From Candidatus Latescibacterota bacterium (GTDB lineage Bacteria > Latescibacterota > UBA2968 > GCA-2709665): 64,000 nucleotides of DNA. The notes under the pieces are model-generated. The model saw only the letters and a program-made list of their open reading frames with translations. It made no database searches and had not been told where the DNA came from. The position numbers and the translations under genes were made by a program. The DNA lies in the NCBI GenBank assembly GCA_963667175.2, contig CAXXXF010000018.1, positions 32,001-96,000 on the forward strand, read 5' to 3'. The stretch's first letter is position 1, and the number at the start of each line of letters is the position of its first letter. Below, one piece after another: positions 38,627 through 49,217 of this stretch.

Positions 38627-40602
38627 GTAGAGTCGAGAGGTGGCGCGGTGGTGTAGGAGAGGCCTATCTGTTTCCGCCCCTTTCGTCTGGCGGTGCCTCA
38701 ATAGCCGCTCCGCGTTCCGTTTCCACGTCCCGCTCATCGAACCGGACGTGCGGATTTACCGCATCCGGCTCTCGGACAAGGAGTCATGCGTTCGCCCACG
38801 GAAGGTTGTGCGTCTGCACCTCCAGCCGGGTCAGGCCCAACGTATTGTAGAGGACCTCGTCAGGGAGACGGGACGTCCCCTTTCCCGGTATTCGGTACTT
38901 GTTGCACAACCACCAGCGGAGCCGTTGCCGGGTGTGGCTGTCCACACTCCGGTAGGCTTTGCTGACCGGACCAAGACGGAAGTAGTTGCCCCACCCTGTT
39001 AGCTTTCGGTTCAGGTGGGCAATCCGTTCTTGATGGTCTTTCAGCAGCCACCGCCGCGCCGTTGCCTCGCTGATGGCCCGGCAGATGTGCCGGATGGCCT
39101 TCTTTGACGGGCGCGTGCCGATATAGGCCTTTCCCGTCTTTGGTGAGTAACAGCGTTCGATGGTGTAGCCCAGAAAGTCAAATCGTCCTTCAGGAAGCGT
39201 GCATATGCCCGTCTTCTGCTCGTTCACCGTCAACTTGAGCGCCTTCATAATGGATCGCATCGCGCGCATCGCTTCTTTTGCGGTGCCGCGACAGCAGATC
39301 ACAAAATCGTCCGCGTAGTTGACAATATGAGCCTTCAGGCGTTGCTGATGTCCCCGAACCTGCCATCCCAGAATGAACCGCCGCATATACAGGTTCGCCA
39401 GCAGGGGCGAGATCGGGGCGCCTTGCGGTGTCCCCCTTCCCTGATCCTTGTTCGGCGTCGTTCGACGTTTGCGGCCCCGCTTGTCGGTCTCCTCAATCGG
39501 CGCGGTCAGCCACAGCTTGACCAGGCCCAGCATACGCCCGTCACTGATGCGACGCGCCACACATTTCATCAGCTCGGCATGCGGGATCGTGTCAAAGTAA
39601 CCGCTCAAGTCCGCGTCGATCACCTGCGTATGGCCACGGCTCACCAGACTGTGAACCGCCCTGATGGCGTCGTGCGCACTCCGTTTCGGACGGTACGCAT
39701 ACTGCGCCGCTGGCAGGTCCGCCTCAAAGATCGGCTCCAATACCAGCATCGCCGCGGTTTGCACCACCCGATCTTTCACCGTCGGGATGCCCAGCGGCCT
39801 TTGCTTCCCGTTCGGCTTGGGGATATACACCCGACGGATCGGAGACACCCGATACGATTTGCTCCTTACGGCTTCCGACAGTTCGCCTAACCACCGCTTT
39901 TGCCCATATGACTCGATATCCGCAAACGTCTCGCCGTCCACGCCCGCCGCGCCGCCGTTGGCCTTGCAGCAGCGGTACGCATAAAGCAGGATGTCCTCGC
40001 GATACACCTTGTCATACAGCGCGTAGAATCGGTAGCCGGGCGATTCCTTCGCTTTGGCATGCAACGTCCTCTGCAACTTCCGAACCTTTTCCGGAGGTCT
40101 TAGGCTCATACCAATCTCCAGGCTCTCGCTCCTTTGACGTTGCCCTTGAACCAAGGCCCCTTTCCTCCGCCGGCATTACCCGGCTTCTCAGGTACTACGG
40201 GCCTCTCCGCCACCCCACGCGGCCCGGCCTGACCCTCACGGGCTGCCGGTTGGTGTCTCCACCACCGCCTGGGGCTTCCCGTGTTGCGTCGGAACTCCTT
40301 GTATACGTGCCTCCGCCACTACCCCGGCGGGACCGTTGGGTGCTCGCGTTGCCTGCTTCCCCAACGACGGCGGCCTTCCCCGAAATTCAGGCGGGTCGGC
40401 TCCCGCATTACCCTTTTCGAGGCCTGCGCAGCGTTCACTCACGTTTCGGCCCGCATACTCGCCAAGTCGCCTTGCGACCCTCTACACCGGAGGCTTCGGA
40501 GATGTCGTTTCCTACGTCCCCGCTCCGATTGCTACCGACTGTGGCAACACTTGTCGGGTGGGACTCTCACCCACTGAAGTTCCGCGCCTTTTCACGGCGC
40601 AC
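38627..40602 (-). mobile_element. Group II intron, RT-encoding, IIB-like (1976 nt)
   Basis: 5' GTGCG at 40602, 3' GACTCTAC at 38627; domain V GAGCCGGATGCGGTAAATCCGCACGTCCGGTTC; intergenic after coxE. Confidence 0.95.
38784..40109 (-). CDS. ltrA: Group II intron reverse transcriptase/maturase (no endonuclease domain)
   Basis: AAGVDG, RPLGIPTVKDR, DADLSGYFD, GTPQGAPISPLLAN, YADD, FDFLG, GWGNYF; no HNH. Confidence 0.95.
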   Translation of the reverse strand: MSLRPPEKVRKLQRTLHAKAKESPGYRFYALYDKVYREDILLYAYRCCKANGGAAGVDGETFADIESYGQKRWLGELSEAVRSKSYRVSPIRRVYIPKPNGKQRPLGIPTVKDRVVQTAAMLVLEPIFEADLPAAQYAYRPKRSAHDAIRAVHSLVSRGHTQVIDADLSGYFDTIPHAELMKCVARRISDGRMLGLVKLWLTAPIEETDKRGRKRRTTPNKDQGRGTPQGAPISPLLANLYMRRFILGWQVRGHQQRLKAHIVNYADDFVICCRGTAKEAMRAMRSIMKALKLTVNEQKTGICTLPEGRFDFLGYTIERCYSPKTGKAYIGTRPSKKAIRHICRAISEATARRWLLKDHQERIAHLNRKLTGWGNYFRLGPVSKAYRSVDSHTRQRLRWWLCNKYRIPGKGTSRLPDEVLYNTLGLTRLEVQTHNLPWANA

Positions 40603-40653
40603 TGAATAATTCAGGTTAAGTTCCGGATGCCGAATTCTCGAAAGTCGCCGGTC

Positions 40654-41778
40654 TCATCGCCAGACCGAACGCAACGTTTTGGCCAGCTGCACAAGGCTTT
40701 CCAGATTGTGAGCGGCCATGAAATGATCCAGGTAGGGCAGCGCCGTCTTCATGCCCAGACAAAGCGGCTGGTACCCGGGGCTGCCCAGCAGAGGGTTCAG
40801 CCACATCAGCTTATGGACGCGTCTGCGCAGCCGCTCCATTTCCCGCCGCATGAGGTCCGCGTCTCCGCGGTCCCAGCCGTCGCTGACGATGATCATGACG
40901 GTTTTGGCCTTCAACATCTCCCGGGCGAACCGGTCGTTGAACTCCCGCAGACAGCCGCCTATATCCGTTCCCCCGGCCCAGTCGTGGACCGTATCGGCTA
41001 CTTCCCGGAGCGACTCTTCCACGCTCTTGTTCTTCAGCAGCCTGGAGATCGGGGTCATTCGCGTGGAGAAAACCCCCACCTCGACGTCACGGATTTCCCG
41101 CTTCAGCGCGTAGATGAACTGAATCAGGAACTGGCTGTAGCAGTCCATCGACCCACTCACGTCGCACAGCAGCATCAGCTTCGTTTTCTTGATCCGCCGC
41201 CGTCGCCTGGCAAGCGCGACGCCGTCCCGCCCGTAAAGCGCGTTTTTGCGCCAGGTCCTCCTGAAGTCGATCTCCGCGCCCCGTTTCTGCGGCTCCCTGC
41301 GCCGGCTGCGCCTGTTGGCGATGATGTCCACGATTTGCGCGATGACCTGCCGGGCCTTCTCGATCTCCCTGTCGTTCATCGCGGCCAGGTCCTTGTGCAT
41401 CAACACTTCATCGGGGCTGTACCCAATCTCGTCGGAATCGCCCTCACCGTCCGGATCCTCCTCTTCCTCGGTCGCGGTGTCAACCGGCTCATCGAGTTGA
41501 TCCGACACTTCGAGGCTCTGATCGTCGGCGTCCTCGTCTGTGACTTCCATCTCCAAGCTGCTGACTGGAGCGCTCCAGAACGCGTGAAATACGCGGTCGA
41601 ACGTGTCCAGATCGTCGAACCGGGACACCAGCGTGGCCCGCGCGGCCGCGTAGAAGTCCCTCCGCCTGCCGATTTCGATAAACCTGAAACTCTGGCAGAA
41701 GTCGATCAGATTGCCGGAATTCACATCCACGCCGGCCCTGTGCAATGCCCGCGAAAAGGCCACCACGCGGCTCATCAT
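40654..41778 (-). CDS. CoxE-like VWA domain protein
   Basis: LCDVSGSM MIDAS, WAGGTDIG, IIVSDGWD, WLNPL; start after AGGAG inferred. Confidence 0.88.
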   Translation of the reverse strand: MMSRVVAFSRALHRAGVDVNSGNLIDFCQSFRFIEIGRRRDFYAAARATLVSRFDDLDTFDRVFHAFWSAPVSSLEMEVTDEDADDQSLEVSDQLDEPVDTATEEEEDPDGEGDSDEIGYSPDEVLMHKDLAAMNDREIEKARQVIAQIVDIIANRRSRRREPQKRGAEIDFRRTWRKNALYGRDGVALARRRRRIKKTKLMLLCDVSGSMDCYSQFLIQFIYALKREIRDVEVGVFSTRMTPISRLLKNKSVEESLREVADTVHDWAGGTDIGGCLREFNDRFAREMLKAKTVMIIVSDGWDRGDADLMRREMERLRRRVHKLMWLNPLLGSPGYQPLCLGMKTALPYLDHFMAAHNLESLVQLAKTLRSVWR

Positions 41779-41849
41779 GCTCCTGTTTTCGACCTTTTCC
41801 GTGTTCATACGATCCAACCCGTGGAGACGTCCGTTGTTCAGTCGTGCGG

Positions 41850-42764
41850 TCAATTCTTCAGCCGCATCGCCCGGTCCTTTAGCGCCCGTGCCTTTTCGAT
41901 GATCTGGGGCAGACCGTCCTCCTGGAGTTTCTCGATGTCCTCCTTGTACTTCAGCACGCACCCCAGTGTGGCGTTGACGGTGTCGGAATCGAGTTCGTCG
42001 ATTTCCATCTGCATCAGCGCCAGCGCCCAATCGATGGTTTCCGCGATACCCGGGCGCTTGTAGAAATCCCGTGTGCGCATCAGCTGCATAAACCCGCACA
42101 CCTGCTGTGCAAGGCCCGTTTGAATGCGGGGAACCCGGGACGCGACGATTTCCATCTCTTTCCTGAACGTGGGATAGTCGATCCACAGGTAGAGGCAACG
42201 CCGTTTGAGCGCGTCGTGCAGTTCGCGGGTGCGATTGGAGGTGAGCACGACAAACGGCACTTTCTGTGCGGTAATCGTGCCGATCTCGGGGATGGTAATC
42301 TGGAAATCTGACAGCACTTCCAGCAGAAATGCCTCGAACTCTTCGTCTGACCGGTCCACCTCGTCGATCAGCAGCACCGGCGGGTTGCTTCCGCTGCCCT
42401 GGATGGCCCGGAGAAGCGGCCGCTTCAGCAGGAAATCCTCGCTGAAAATACTGCGGCCGATCTCCTGTTTTTCGATGCCCCGGGCCTCCTCCAGGCGCAT
42501 CTCCAGCATCTGCCGCGGATAATTCCATTCGTACAGCGCCGTATTGGCATCCAGACCTTCGTAACACTGCAGCCGGATCAGATCCGTTTCCAGGGTCTGC
42601 GCCATGACCTTGGCGACCTCTGTCTTGCCTACCCCCGGCTCTCCCTCCAGAAATATCGGTTTTCCCAGCGCCACGGCCAGGTAGACCGTCGTGGCCAGCG
42701 TCCGATCGGCGATATACCCCTCGCGACCGAACCGCGTCTCCACCTCCTCGATTGATTGTAACAT
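41850..42764 (-). CDS. MoxR/CoxD family AAA+ ATPase
   Basis: GEPGVGKT, RLQCYEGLD, LLIDEVDR, TSNRTRELHDALKRRC. Confidence 0.92.
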   Translation of the reverse strand: MLQSIEEVETRFGREGYIADRTLATTVYLAVALGKPIFLEGEPGVGKTEVAKVMAQTLETDLIRLQCYEGLDANTALYEWNYPRQMLEMRLEEARGIEKQEIGRSIFSEDFLLKRPLLRAIQGSGSNPPVLLIDEVDRSDEEFEAFLLEVLSDFQITIPEIGTITAQKVPFVVLTSNRTRELHDALKRRCLYLWIDYPTFRKEMEIVASRVPRIQTGLAQQVCGFMQLMRTRDFYKRPGIAETIDWALALMQMEIDELDSDTVNATLGCVLKYKEDIEKLQEDGLPQIIEKARALKDRAMRLKN

Positions 42765-42785
42765 CCGACCCGTATCTCCCCTTTC

Positions 42786-43340
42786 TCAGCCCCGGGACCG
42801 ATCCATTGAACGGCAGCTTGCCGCAAACCGCGCCACCCATGCGCGAAGCGCTTCGACCGTACTGCGAAATGCCAACTCAGACCAGGGAATCCGGCCTGAA
42901 GGATACGTCCGGACTTCCAGCGTCTCGAAGTTTCCCTTCAGATTGCCTCCCACCGCGACGCCCGTGTACACGATCAGTACCGTTGTCTCGTTGGGGTATG
43001 AATAGATGCCGAGCAGATCTTCGATCTCGACTTCAAGCCCCACCTCCTCCATTGCTTCCCGTGCCGCCGCGGATTTCACCGGTTCGCCACGGTCGACGTA
43101 TCCGCCCGGAAAGACCCATTTCCCCATCCCCGGTTCGATGCCCCGCTTCAGGAGCACAAGCTCACCTTCCAGCGTGACGATCACGCCGGCCGCCACTTTC
43201 GGGTCCAGGTAGACCACGAATCCGCAGGCCGGACAGACTGGACGAACGCGGTCTTCGACCGGTTTCAGCACCAGCGCCGCGCCGCATCTTTCGCAGAACC
43301 GGGCGCCGTCTGCGGGATGCGCGGTATGATCGCTCGCCAC
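42786..43340 (-). CDS. NUDIX hydrolase with N-terminal zinc ribbon
   Basis: FCERCG...CPACG; PGGYVDRGE...AAREAMEEVG Nudix box. Confidence 0.9.
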   Translation of the reverse strand: MASDHTAHPADGARFCERCGAALVLKPVEDRVRPVCPACGFVVYLDPKVAAGVIVTLEGELVLLKRGIEPGMGKWVFPGGYVDRGEPVKSAAAREAMEEVGLEVEIEDLLGIYSYPNETTVLIVYTGVAVGGNLKGNFETLEVRTYPSGRIPWSELAFRSTVEALRAWVARFAASCRSMDRSRG

Positions 43341-43556
43341 GGAGCAAAAACCCTCCGGAAAAATGGGGCCGATCGCCTAAATATACGGGTTTGGGAACGC
43401 TTCACAAGCCCTTTTTCGCGACCATGAGCGCACCGGCCGCACACAAAAAACCGCAGCCAATTTTCGGCATGCGGCCCTGAATTCCAACGTCGCCGCCAGT
43501 GGCGCCCCGTCGACCGGCAGAAGGAATTCGAAATCGTTCAGATGAGTCCTGTCTTG

Positions 43557-44234
43557 CTATTCCTTTCCGATATTCTCCTTCTGGTGGCGCACAATCCGGC
43601 CCTGCACCAGGAACACCACGTTCTCGGCGATGTTGGACGCGTGGTCGCCCATACGCTCAAGATGCCTCGAAACCAGAATCAGGTGAATCGCTCGATCAAT
43701 GGCGTCGTTTTCCGCCCGATAGTGCAGGTACGTGAGCAATTCCCTGAAAATTTGATCTCTCAAACCGTCCACCACGTCGTCTCGCCTGCGCACGTCGTTT
43801 GCCAGGTCCACGTTCCGGTTGACAAATGCGTCCAGCGCGTCCTTGACCATCCCGCGGACGAGTTCCGCCATTCTGGGGATGTCGATCAGCGGCTTCAAGA
43901 GGGTTGCCCGGTTCAGTGCAAACGCCCGCTGTGCGATATTCACCGACTGATCGTTGATCCTTTCCAGGTCGTAATTGATCTTCATCAGGGTCGCCATCAG
44001 GCGCAAGTCGCCGGCCACGGGCTGCCGCACCGCCAGCAGCTTCAGGCACGCATCTTCGATGCGCACCTCCCAATCGTCAATTGCCGCGCCTCCGGTGATT
44101 ACGGTATTGGCGAGATCGTTATCCCGTTCGAGCAAGCTCTTCACGGCCTGATCGATGGACGCCTCCACCGCGCCGCCCATTGCCAGCAACTCGCTCTTCA
44201 ACTGTTCCAACTGCTGATCCAACGTCCGTTCCAT
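43557..44234 (-). CDS. phoU: Phosphate signalling protein PhoU
   Basis: QPVAGDLR, DLERIND, HLERMGDHASNIAE; real start MERTLDQ at 44234 (longer ORF runs through the MITE). Confidence 0.95.
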   Translation of the reverse strand: MERTLDQQLEQLKSELLAMGGAVEASIDQAVKSLLERDNDLANTVITGGAAIDDWEVRIEDACLKLLAVRQPVAGDLRLMATLMKINYDLERINDQSVNIAQRAFALNRATLLKPLIDIPRMAELVRGMVKDALDAFVNRNVDLANDVRRRDDVVDGLRDQIFRELLTYLHYRAENDAIDRAIHLILVSRHLERMGDHASNIAENVVFLVQGRIVRHQKENIGKE

Positions 44235-44275
44235 AGTCAGCCCCGTTCGTTGAAGTCCGACCGACCCGTCGGCTG

Positions 44276-44437
44276 TCAGCCCGTTGAAAAAGTCCATCCG
44301 GTCTGCGTCCGGCCCTTGTGGCCGAATTTCCGCGTTGCGCTCCCTCCCCGAATCCAGGGATTCGCGTCGGTCGCGCGCCTTGTCTTCGGCCACAATGACT
44401 CGGCCTCGCCTGCAGAGCAACTTTTCCAACGGGCTGC
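44276..44437. mobile_element. 162-bp MITE (copy 2) between pstB and phoU
   Basis: Near-identical to 29873-30034; its end overlaps the pstB TAG stop. Confidence 0.88.
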
Positions 44438-45231
44438 TATCCGAACCTGCCGGTCACATAGTCCTCCGTCTGTTGCAGATTCGGGTTCGTAAACATCTCT
44501 TCGGTACGAGCGTATTCAATCAGCTTGCCGAGGTAGAAGAATGCTGTCCGGTCCGAGATACGGGAAGCCTGCTGGAGATTGTGGGTCACAATAACGATCG
44601 TATACCTGCTCTTCAACTCATTGATCGTCTCTTCAATGCGTCCGGTGGCGATCGGATCCAGCGCGGAACAGGGCTCGTCCATCAGGATTACCGACGGCTC
44701 CACCGCGATCGCGCGCGCGATGCAGAGGCGCTGCTGCTGTCCCCCGGACAACCCCAGCGCGGATTCTTCGAGTCGATCCTTGACCTCGTCCCAGAGTGCC
44801 GCCGCCCGAAGGCTTTTCTCGGCCACCTCATCCAGAACGGGACGCCGGTTCTCCCCCGCGATGCGCAACCCGTACACGACGTTTTCGAAGATTGACTTGG
44901 GAAACGGATTCGACTTTTGAAACACCATACCCACCAACCGCCGGAGTGATATGACATCGTACCCCTGGGCGTAGATGTCTTCTCCTTCGATCCGGACCCC
45001 GCCATCGATCCTTACCGAGTCGATCAGATCGTTCAAACGGTTCATACAGCGGAGCAACGTAGACTTCCCGCAACCGGACGGTCCGATAAACGCGGTGACG
45101 TTGTGCCGGGGTACGTTCAGACTGATGTCGAACAGCGCCTGGGCGTCGCCGTAGTGCAGACTCAGGGATTCGACCTCGACGACCGGTTTCTCAGGTGCGG
45201 TGTCGACCTGCTTCGTGGGTTCCACGCCCAT
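44437..45231 (-). CDS. pstB: Phosphate ABC transporter ATPase
   Basis: [42 protein letters not shown]. Confidence 0.97.
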   Translation of the reverse strand: MGVEPTKQVDTAPEKPVVEVESLSLHYGDAQALFDISLNVPRHNVTAFIGPSGCGKSTLLRCMNRLNDLIDSVRIDGGVRIEGEDIYAQGYDVISLRRLVGMVFQKSNPFPKSIFENVVYGLRIAGENRRPVLDEVAEKSLRAAALWDEVKDRLEESALGLSGGQQQRLCIARAIAVEPSVILMDEPCSALDPIATGRIEETINELKSRYTIVIVTHNLQQASRISDRTAFFYLGKLIEYARTEEMFTNPNLQQTEDYVTGRFG

Positions 45232-45281
45232 CCTTATTGACTCCTGATTGATAGACCGTCCGGAGAGCTGCCGAGATGCCG

Positions 45282-46886
45282 CTACAGCCCGATTCTCTGG
45301 TATCGTTTGCGCAAGCGCGACCTGACCTGGATCGCCGTCAGATTCAACGCCAGCACGATAAACATCAGCAACAGCGTGGTGGTATACACCATCGGGCGGG
45401 CCGCCTCGACATTGGGCGACTGGAATCCTACGTCATAGATGTGAAAGCCCAGATGCATGAACTTGCGCTCCAGGTGAAAAAACGGCCAGTTGCCGTCCAC
45501 GGGCAGCGTGGGCGCGAGCTTCACCACCCCCGTAATCATCAACGGCGCAACCTCGCCCGCGCCTCTGGCCACCACCAGCACGATTCCGGTCAGAATGCCG
45601 GGTAACGCCGCGGGAAGAACGACGCGCCAGATGGTCTGGAACTGGGTCGCACCCAGCGCAAGAGAACCCTCCCGGACCTCTCCGGGCACGGATGCCAGCG
45701 CCTCCTCAGAAGCCACGATCATCACCGGTACGGTCAACAGCGCCAGCGTCAGCGAGGCCCACAGAATGCCCCCGGTGCCGAACGTGGGCGCAGGCAGCGC
45801 CTCGGGAAAAAAAAGCAGGTCCAGACTCCCGCCCACGCCGTAGACGAAGAATCCGAGTCCGAACATGCCGAAGACGATCGAAGGTACTCCAGCGAGGTTA
45901 TTCACCGCGATCCGGATCGCCCGCACCAAGGGCCCCTGCTTCGCGTATTCACGCAGATACAGCGCCGCCAGGACGCCAAACGGCACCGCCGCCAGACTCA
46001 TCAGAATGACCATCATGACCGTACCGAAGATCGCGGGAAACACGCCGCCTTCGGTGTTGGACTCGCGCGGTTCCGCGGAAAGGAATTCCCAGACCCTCTC
46101 CAGGTACACGCCCGTCTTGCCAAAGACACCCAACCGGTTGGGACGGTACGCGCGCACGACGTCAGCCACCGCCAACCGTCGTATCTCTCCGCCAGCCAGC
46201 CGGACCTCCAAATGAGGGACTTCGCTCTCCGCCCTGAGTTGGTTCAGGTCAGCGGCCAACGATTCATAGCGCGTCCAATATCGGCGGCTTCTCGCGTCCA
46301 GCTGCGAAATCCGTTCCTGCTGCGCGTCATCCGCCAGTTCACGCCTTCGTTTCTCCAGGCGAAGCTGTTCGATTCGCCGGTTGAGATCCGATATGGCGTT
46401 GTACTCGATGTCGCGGATTCGATCCAGAAGCACGCCCGTTCGCCGCATCTGCTTCTGAAACACCGCCCAGCCGGCCGTGCCGCCTCCGGCGACTCTCTCC
46501 TCGCCCTCGAACACGCCGTCCAGAAACCCGAACAATTGTCCCCATTCGCGCCGCTCAAACACAACCGCGCTCTCGGGAAACGTCCGGTCCTGAATCCGCG
46601 ATTCGTCGATCCACCGGAAGTCAACGCCGTATGCGTCCCGGTTCGCCACTTTCAGTTGAACCCGGAATTCCCCGTCCCGGTTGGGAATCTCCTGCCTGTC
46701 CCACATCTGCCCCATCACAACCGCGTTGTCTTTCAGGCCAATTGCGGTCAGGTCGGCCGGCCAGAAAAAGCCGAGCCCGTTATAGACTACCAGGCCGATC
46801 AGCCCGACGATCATCAGCACACAGAAGGCGAGCGCACCGCCCGTCAGCCAGATATATGCCTGCCCTGATTTCCAGAATCCGTTCAT
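45282..46886 (-). CDS. pstA: Phosphate ABC transporter permease PstA (long form)
   Basis: [39 protein letters not shown]. Confidence 0.93.
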   Translation of the reverse strand: MNGFWKSGQAYIWLTGGALAFCVLMIVGLIGLVVYNGLGFFWPADLTAIGLKDNAVVMGQMWDRQEIPNRDGEFRVQLKVANRDAYGVDFRWIDESRIQDRTFPESAVVFERREWGQLFGFLDGVFEGEERVAGGGTAGWAVFQKQMRRTGVLLDRIRDIEYNAISDLNRRIEQLRLEKRRRELADDAQQERISQLDARSRRYWTRYESLAADLNQLRAESEVPHLEVRLAGGEIRRLAVADVVRAYRPNRLGVFGKTGVYLERVWEFLSAEPRESNTEGGVFPAIFGTVMMVILMSLAAVPFGVLAALYLREYAKQGPLVRAIRIAVNNLAGVPSIVFGMFGLGFFVYGVGGSLDLLFFPEALPAPTFGTGGILWASLTLALLTVPVMIVASEEALASVPGEVREGSLALGATQFQTIWRVVLPAALPGILTGIVLVVARGAGEVAPLMITGVVKLAPTLPVDGNWPFFHLERKFMHLGFHIYDVGFQSPNVEAARPMVYTTTLLLMFIVLALNLTAIQVRSRLRKRYQRIGL

Positions 46887-46912
46887 TCAACTTTCTCCGG
46901 ACGGATCGGGAT

Positions 46913-49165
46913 TCATATCCTGCTGTACCGTTCGCGTAGCCGCTGCCGCACGATTTCCGCGAGGGTGTTGACGACGAAGGTGACTCCCGCAAGCAGCAGG
47001 CCGGTGAGAAACAGGACCCGGTAGAGTGTTCCTTCGTGCGGCGCCTCCGGGATTTCCACGGCGATATTGGCCGACATGGTGCGCATCCCGTTGAAGATGC
47101 TCCAGTCCAATATCGGCGTGTTTCCGGTCGCCATCAAGACGATCATCGTTTCGCCGACCGCCCGTCCGAACCCGATCATCGTAGCAGAAAAAATGCCCGG
47201 ACTGGCGGTTGGGAGCACGACGCGGACCGCCGTCTGCCACGGCGTGGCGCCCAGCGCCAGAGACCCGGCGCGAAGGTGTGACGGAACGCTCGTCAGCGCG
47301 TCTTCGCAGATCGTGTAGATGATGGGAATGACCGCAAAACCCATTGCGAATCCCACAACGATGCAATTCCTCTGGTCGTAGCGGGTACCGGCGGAATCCG
47401 CGAGCCATCTCTGGAAATTCCCGCCCCACAATGCGTCTTCCAGCCATGGACCCAGGGCCAGTGCCAGCCAGATTCCAACGAGGGACACCAATACGTAGAA
47501 AATCTCCGGGCCCGGAAGTCGGTTCATTGCGCGGCGCGGCAGCCGGGACCAGACCCAGGAAGCTGCAATCACCGTGAGCGCAACCGTCGGCAGCAGCAGC
47601 AGAACCCCCACCACCTGGCGTTCCAGCAACGGCGCCAGCCAGAGGCCCCCCAGAAATCCGAGAATCACGCTTGGCAGCGATGCCATCAGCTCCACCGTGG
47701 GTTTGACGACGTTCCGCACGCTCGGGCGGGCGAACTCGGACGTATAGATGGCGGCCAGTACCGCTAGCGGAAGGGCGAAAAACATCGCGTAGAACGTGCC
47801 CTTGGCCGTGCCGTACGCCAGGGGGACGATGCTCAGCTTCGACTCGAATTCGTCGGTGCCGCCGGTGGACTGCCAGACGTACTCGGGTTGGGTATATCCC
47901 TCGTACCACAGTTTGCCGAACAGCGTTTTCAGCGTCACTTCCGGGTGCGGATTGGACAGCCGGTAATGGTTTAAAGTGCGGCCGGCGTCCAGAGAAAGGA
48001 AGCCGTCTGCCTTGGGTGCGAACGCCAGATCGGTGACGCCGGATCCGTCCACCAGTTCGAAAAAAGTCTGGCCCGATGTCATATGGTGCAGCATGACGTG
48101 TCCACCCGCGCTGCCGGTCAAAAACTGTTTGTCTCGGGCGGACGGCGCAATCGCACGCACCGCCGTGCGATGGGACCGGAATATGTGCACTCTCCGGAAA
48201 GTCGTAGAACCGCCCCCGGCAGGTCGGCGCACCGGTGACCACGTACTCACGCGGCCTCCGGCGTCGCCTATCGCCACGGATACGTCGCCAAGCAAATACA
48301 CGACCGTCGTAATCGCCAGGTCCGATGCACGAAATCGCTGCACGAGGGACGGGGCCGCCTTGACGTTCGAAACGTCCCAGCAGTACACCTCTCCGCGGTC
48401 CGTACCCGCCAGAAGACGGCGACCGCTTCCGTCGACCAGAACCGTTGTCGGCCTGCCGTCGACTTCATTCGTCAATTCGTGGACGTATGTGTCAAGCGTA
48501 CCCCCGCCCAGCAGCCCCCTCTTTTTCTGTCTGCAGGCCACGAGCAGCCGGCCGGACGCCGTGATTCCGGCCGCGGTGGACCGCCGTGCCCCGTCGGAGC
48601 GAAATACAACCTGAACGATCGGTTCGCCCCTGACGTCCAGCGACACATGATCCTCGATCTGAAACTCGGGCGAGACCCGTCGTTTTCCCTCCGGGTAGGT
48701 TACCCGGTAATTCACCTTTGCAAGGGCGATGCGGCCATCTGACAAGCCCAGACCATGATTGCCGTCGGTAAGCGACGAATGCACCGATATCACACGCCGG
48801 TCCTGAAATTCGTCGCCGCGTACCCGACGAATCGACTCGCCCGATGCAAGTCGGATAAAATCAATGCCTTCCGGCCGGACCAGAAACGCGACTTCACGAT
48901 AGGGATCCGTGCCCACGGCCAACGTCCGTTGGTCATCGATGCCTTCGAGCGTGTGGCGATTCACAATCGTCGCCGGAGCAGGAGACAGGAATAGCGGAAA
49001 GGATTCACGAAATACGAAGGCCAGAATGCCCAGCACCACCAGGATGACCCCGACGCCGCCTATGGCGATCACCCATCGGCCGAGACGGTCCATTGTGCGC
49101 GCCGCGGGCGTGATGCCGGGGCGAGAACGGGGTCCGCCTGCACTGTTTTGGCTCGGTTGCGCCAT
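46913..49165 (-). CDS. pstC: Phosphate ABC transporter permease PstC with periplasmic beta-propeller-like insert
   Basis: [44 protein letters not shown]. Confidence 0.92.
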   Translation of the reverse strand: MAQPSQNSAGGPRSRPGITPAARTMDRLGRWVIAIGGVGVILVVLGILAFVFRESFPLFLSPAPATIVNRHTLEGIDDQRTLAVGTDPYREVAFLVRPEGIDFIRLASGESIRRVRGDEFQDRRVISVHSSLTDGNHGLGLSDGRIALAKVNYRVTYPEGKRRVSPEFQIEDHVSLDVRGEPIVQVVFRSDGARRSTAAGITASGRLLVACRQKKRGLLGGGTLDTYVHELTNEVDGRPTTVLVDGSGRRLLAGTDRGEVYCWDVSNVKAAPSLVQRFRASDLAITTVVYLLGDVSVAIGDAGGRVSTWSPVRRPAGGGSTTFRRVHIFRSHRTAVRAIAPSARDKQFLTGSAGGHVMLHHMTSGQTFFELVDGSGVTDLAFAPKADGFLSLDAGRTLNHYRLSNPHPEVTLKTLFGKLWYEGYTQPEYVWQSTGGTDEFESKLSIVPLAYGTAKGTFYAMFFALPLAVLAAIYTSEFARPSVRNVVKPTVELMASLPSVILGFLGGLWLAPLLERQVVGVLLLLPTVALTVIAASWVWSRLPRRAMNRLPGPEIFYVLVSLVGIWLALALGPWLEDALWGGNFQRWLADSAGTRYDQRNCIVVGFAMGFAVIPIIYTICEDALTSVPSHLRAGSLALGATPWQTAVRVVLPTASPGIFSATMIGFGRAVGETMIVLMATGNTPILDWSIFNGMRTMSANIAVEIPEAPHEGTLYRVLFLTGLLLAGVTFVVNTLAEIVRQRLRERYSRI

Positions 49166-49217
49166 TTCCTGATCCTACGCCCTTCCTGCCGGACCCGGAA
49201 CGGGGTTCGGCCGCGGG

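Noticed and set aside
38784-40109. Retron, DGR or defence RT
   Set aside because: The RT has group II maturase motifs and lies within a complete ribozyme (GTGCG start, domain V, AC end).
41779-42840. 728-aa CoxD-CoxE fusion ORF
   Set aside because: The N-terminal extension is an alternative frame overlapping the MoxR gene; an RBS and start exist at 41778.
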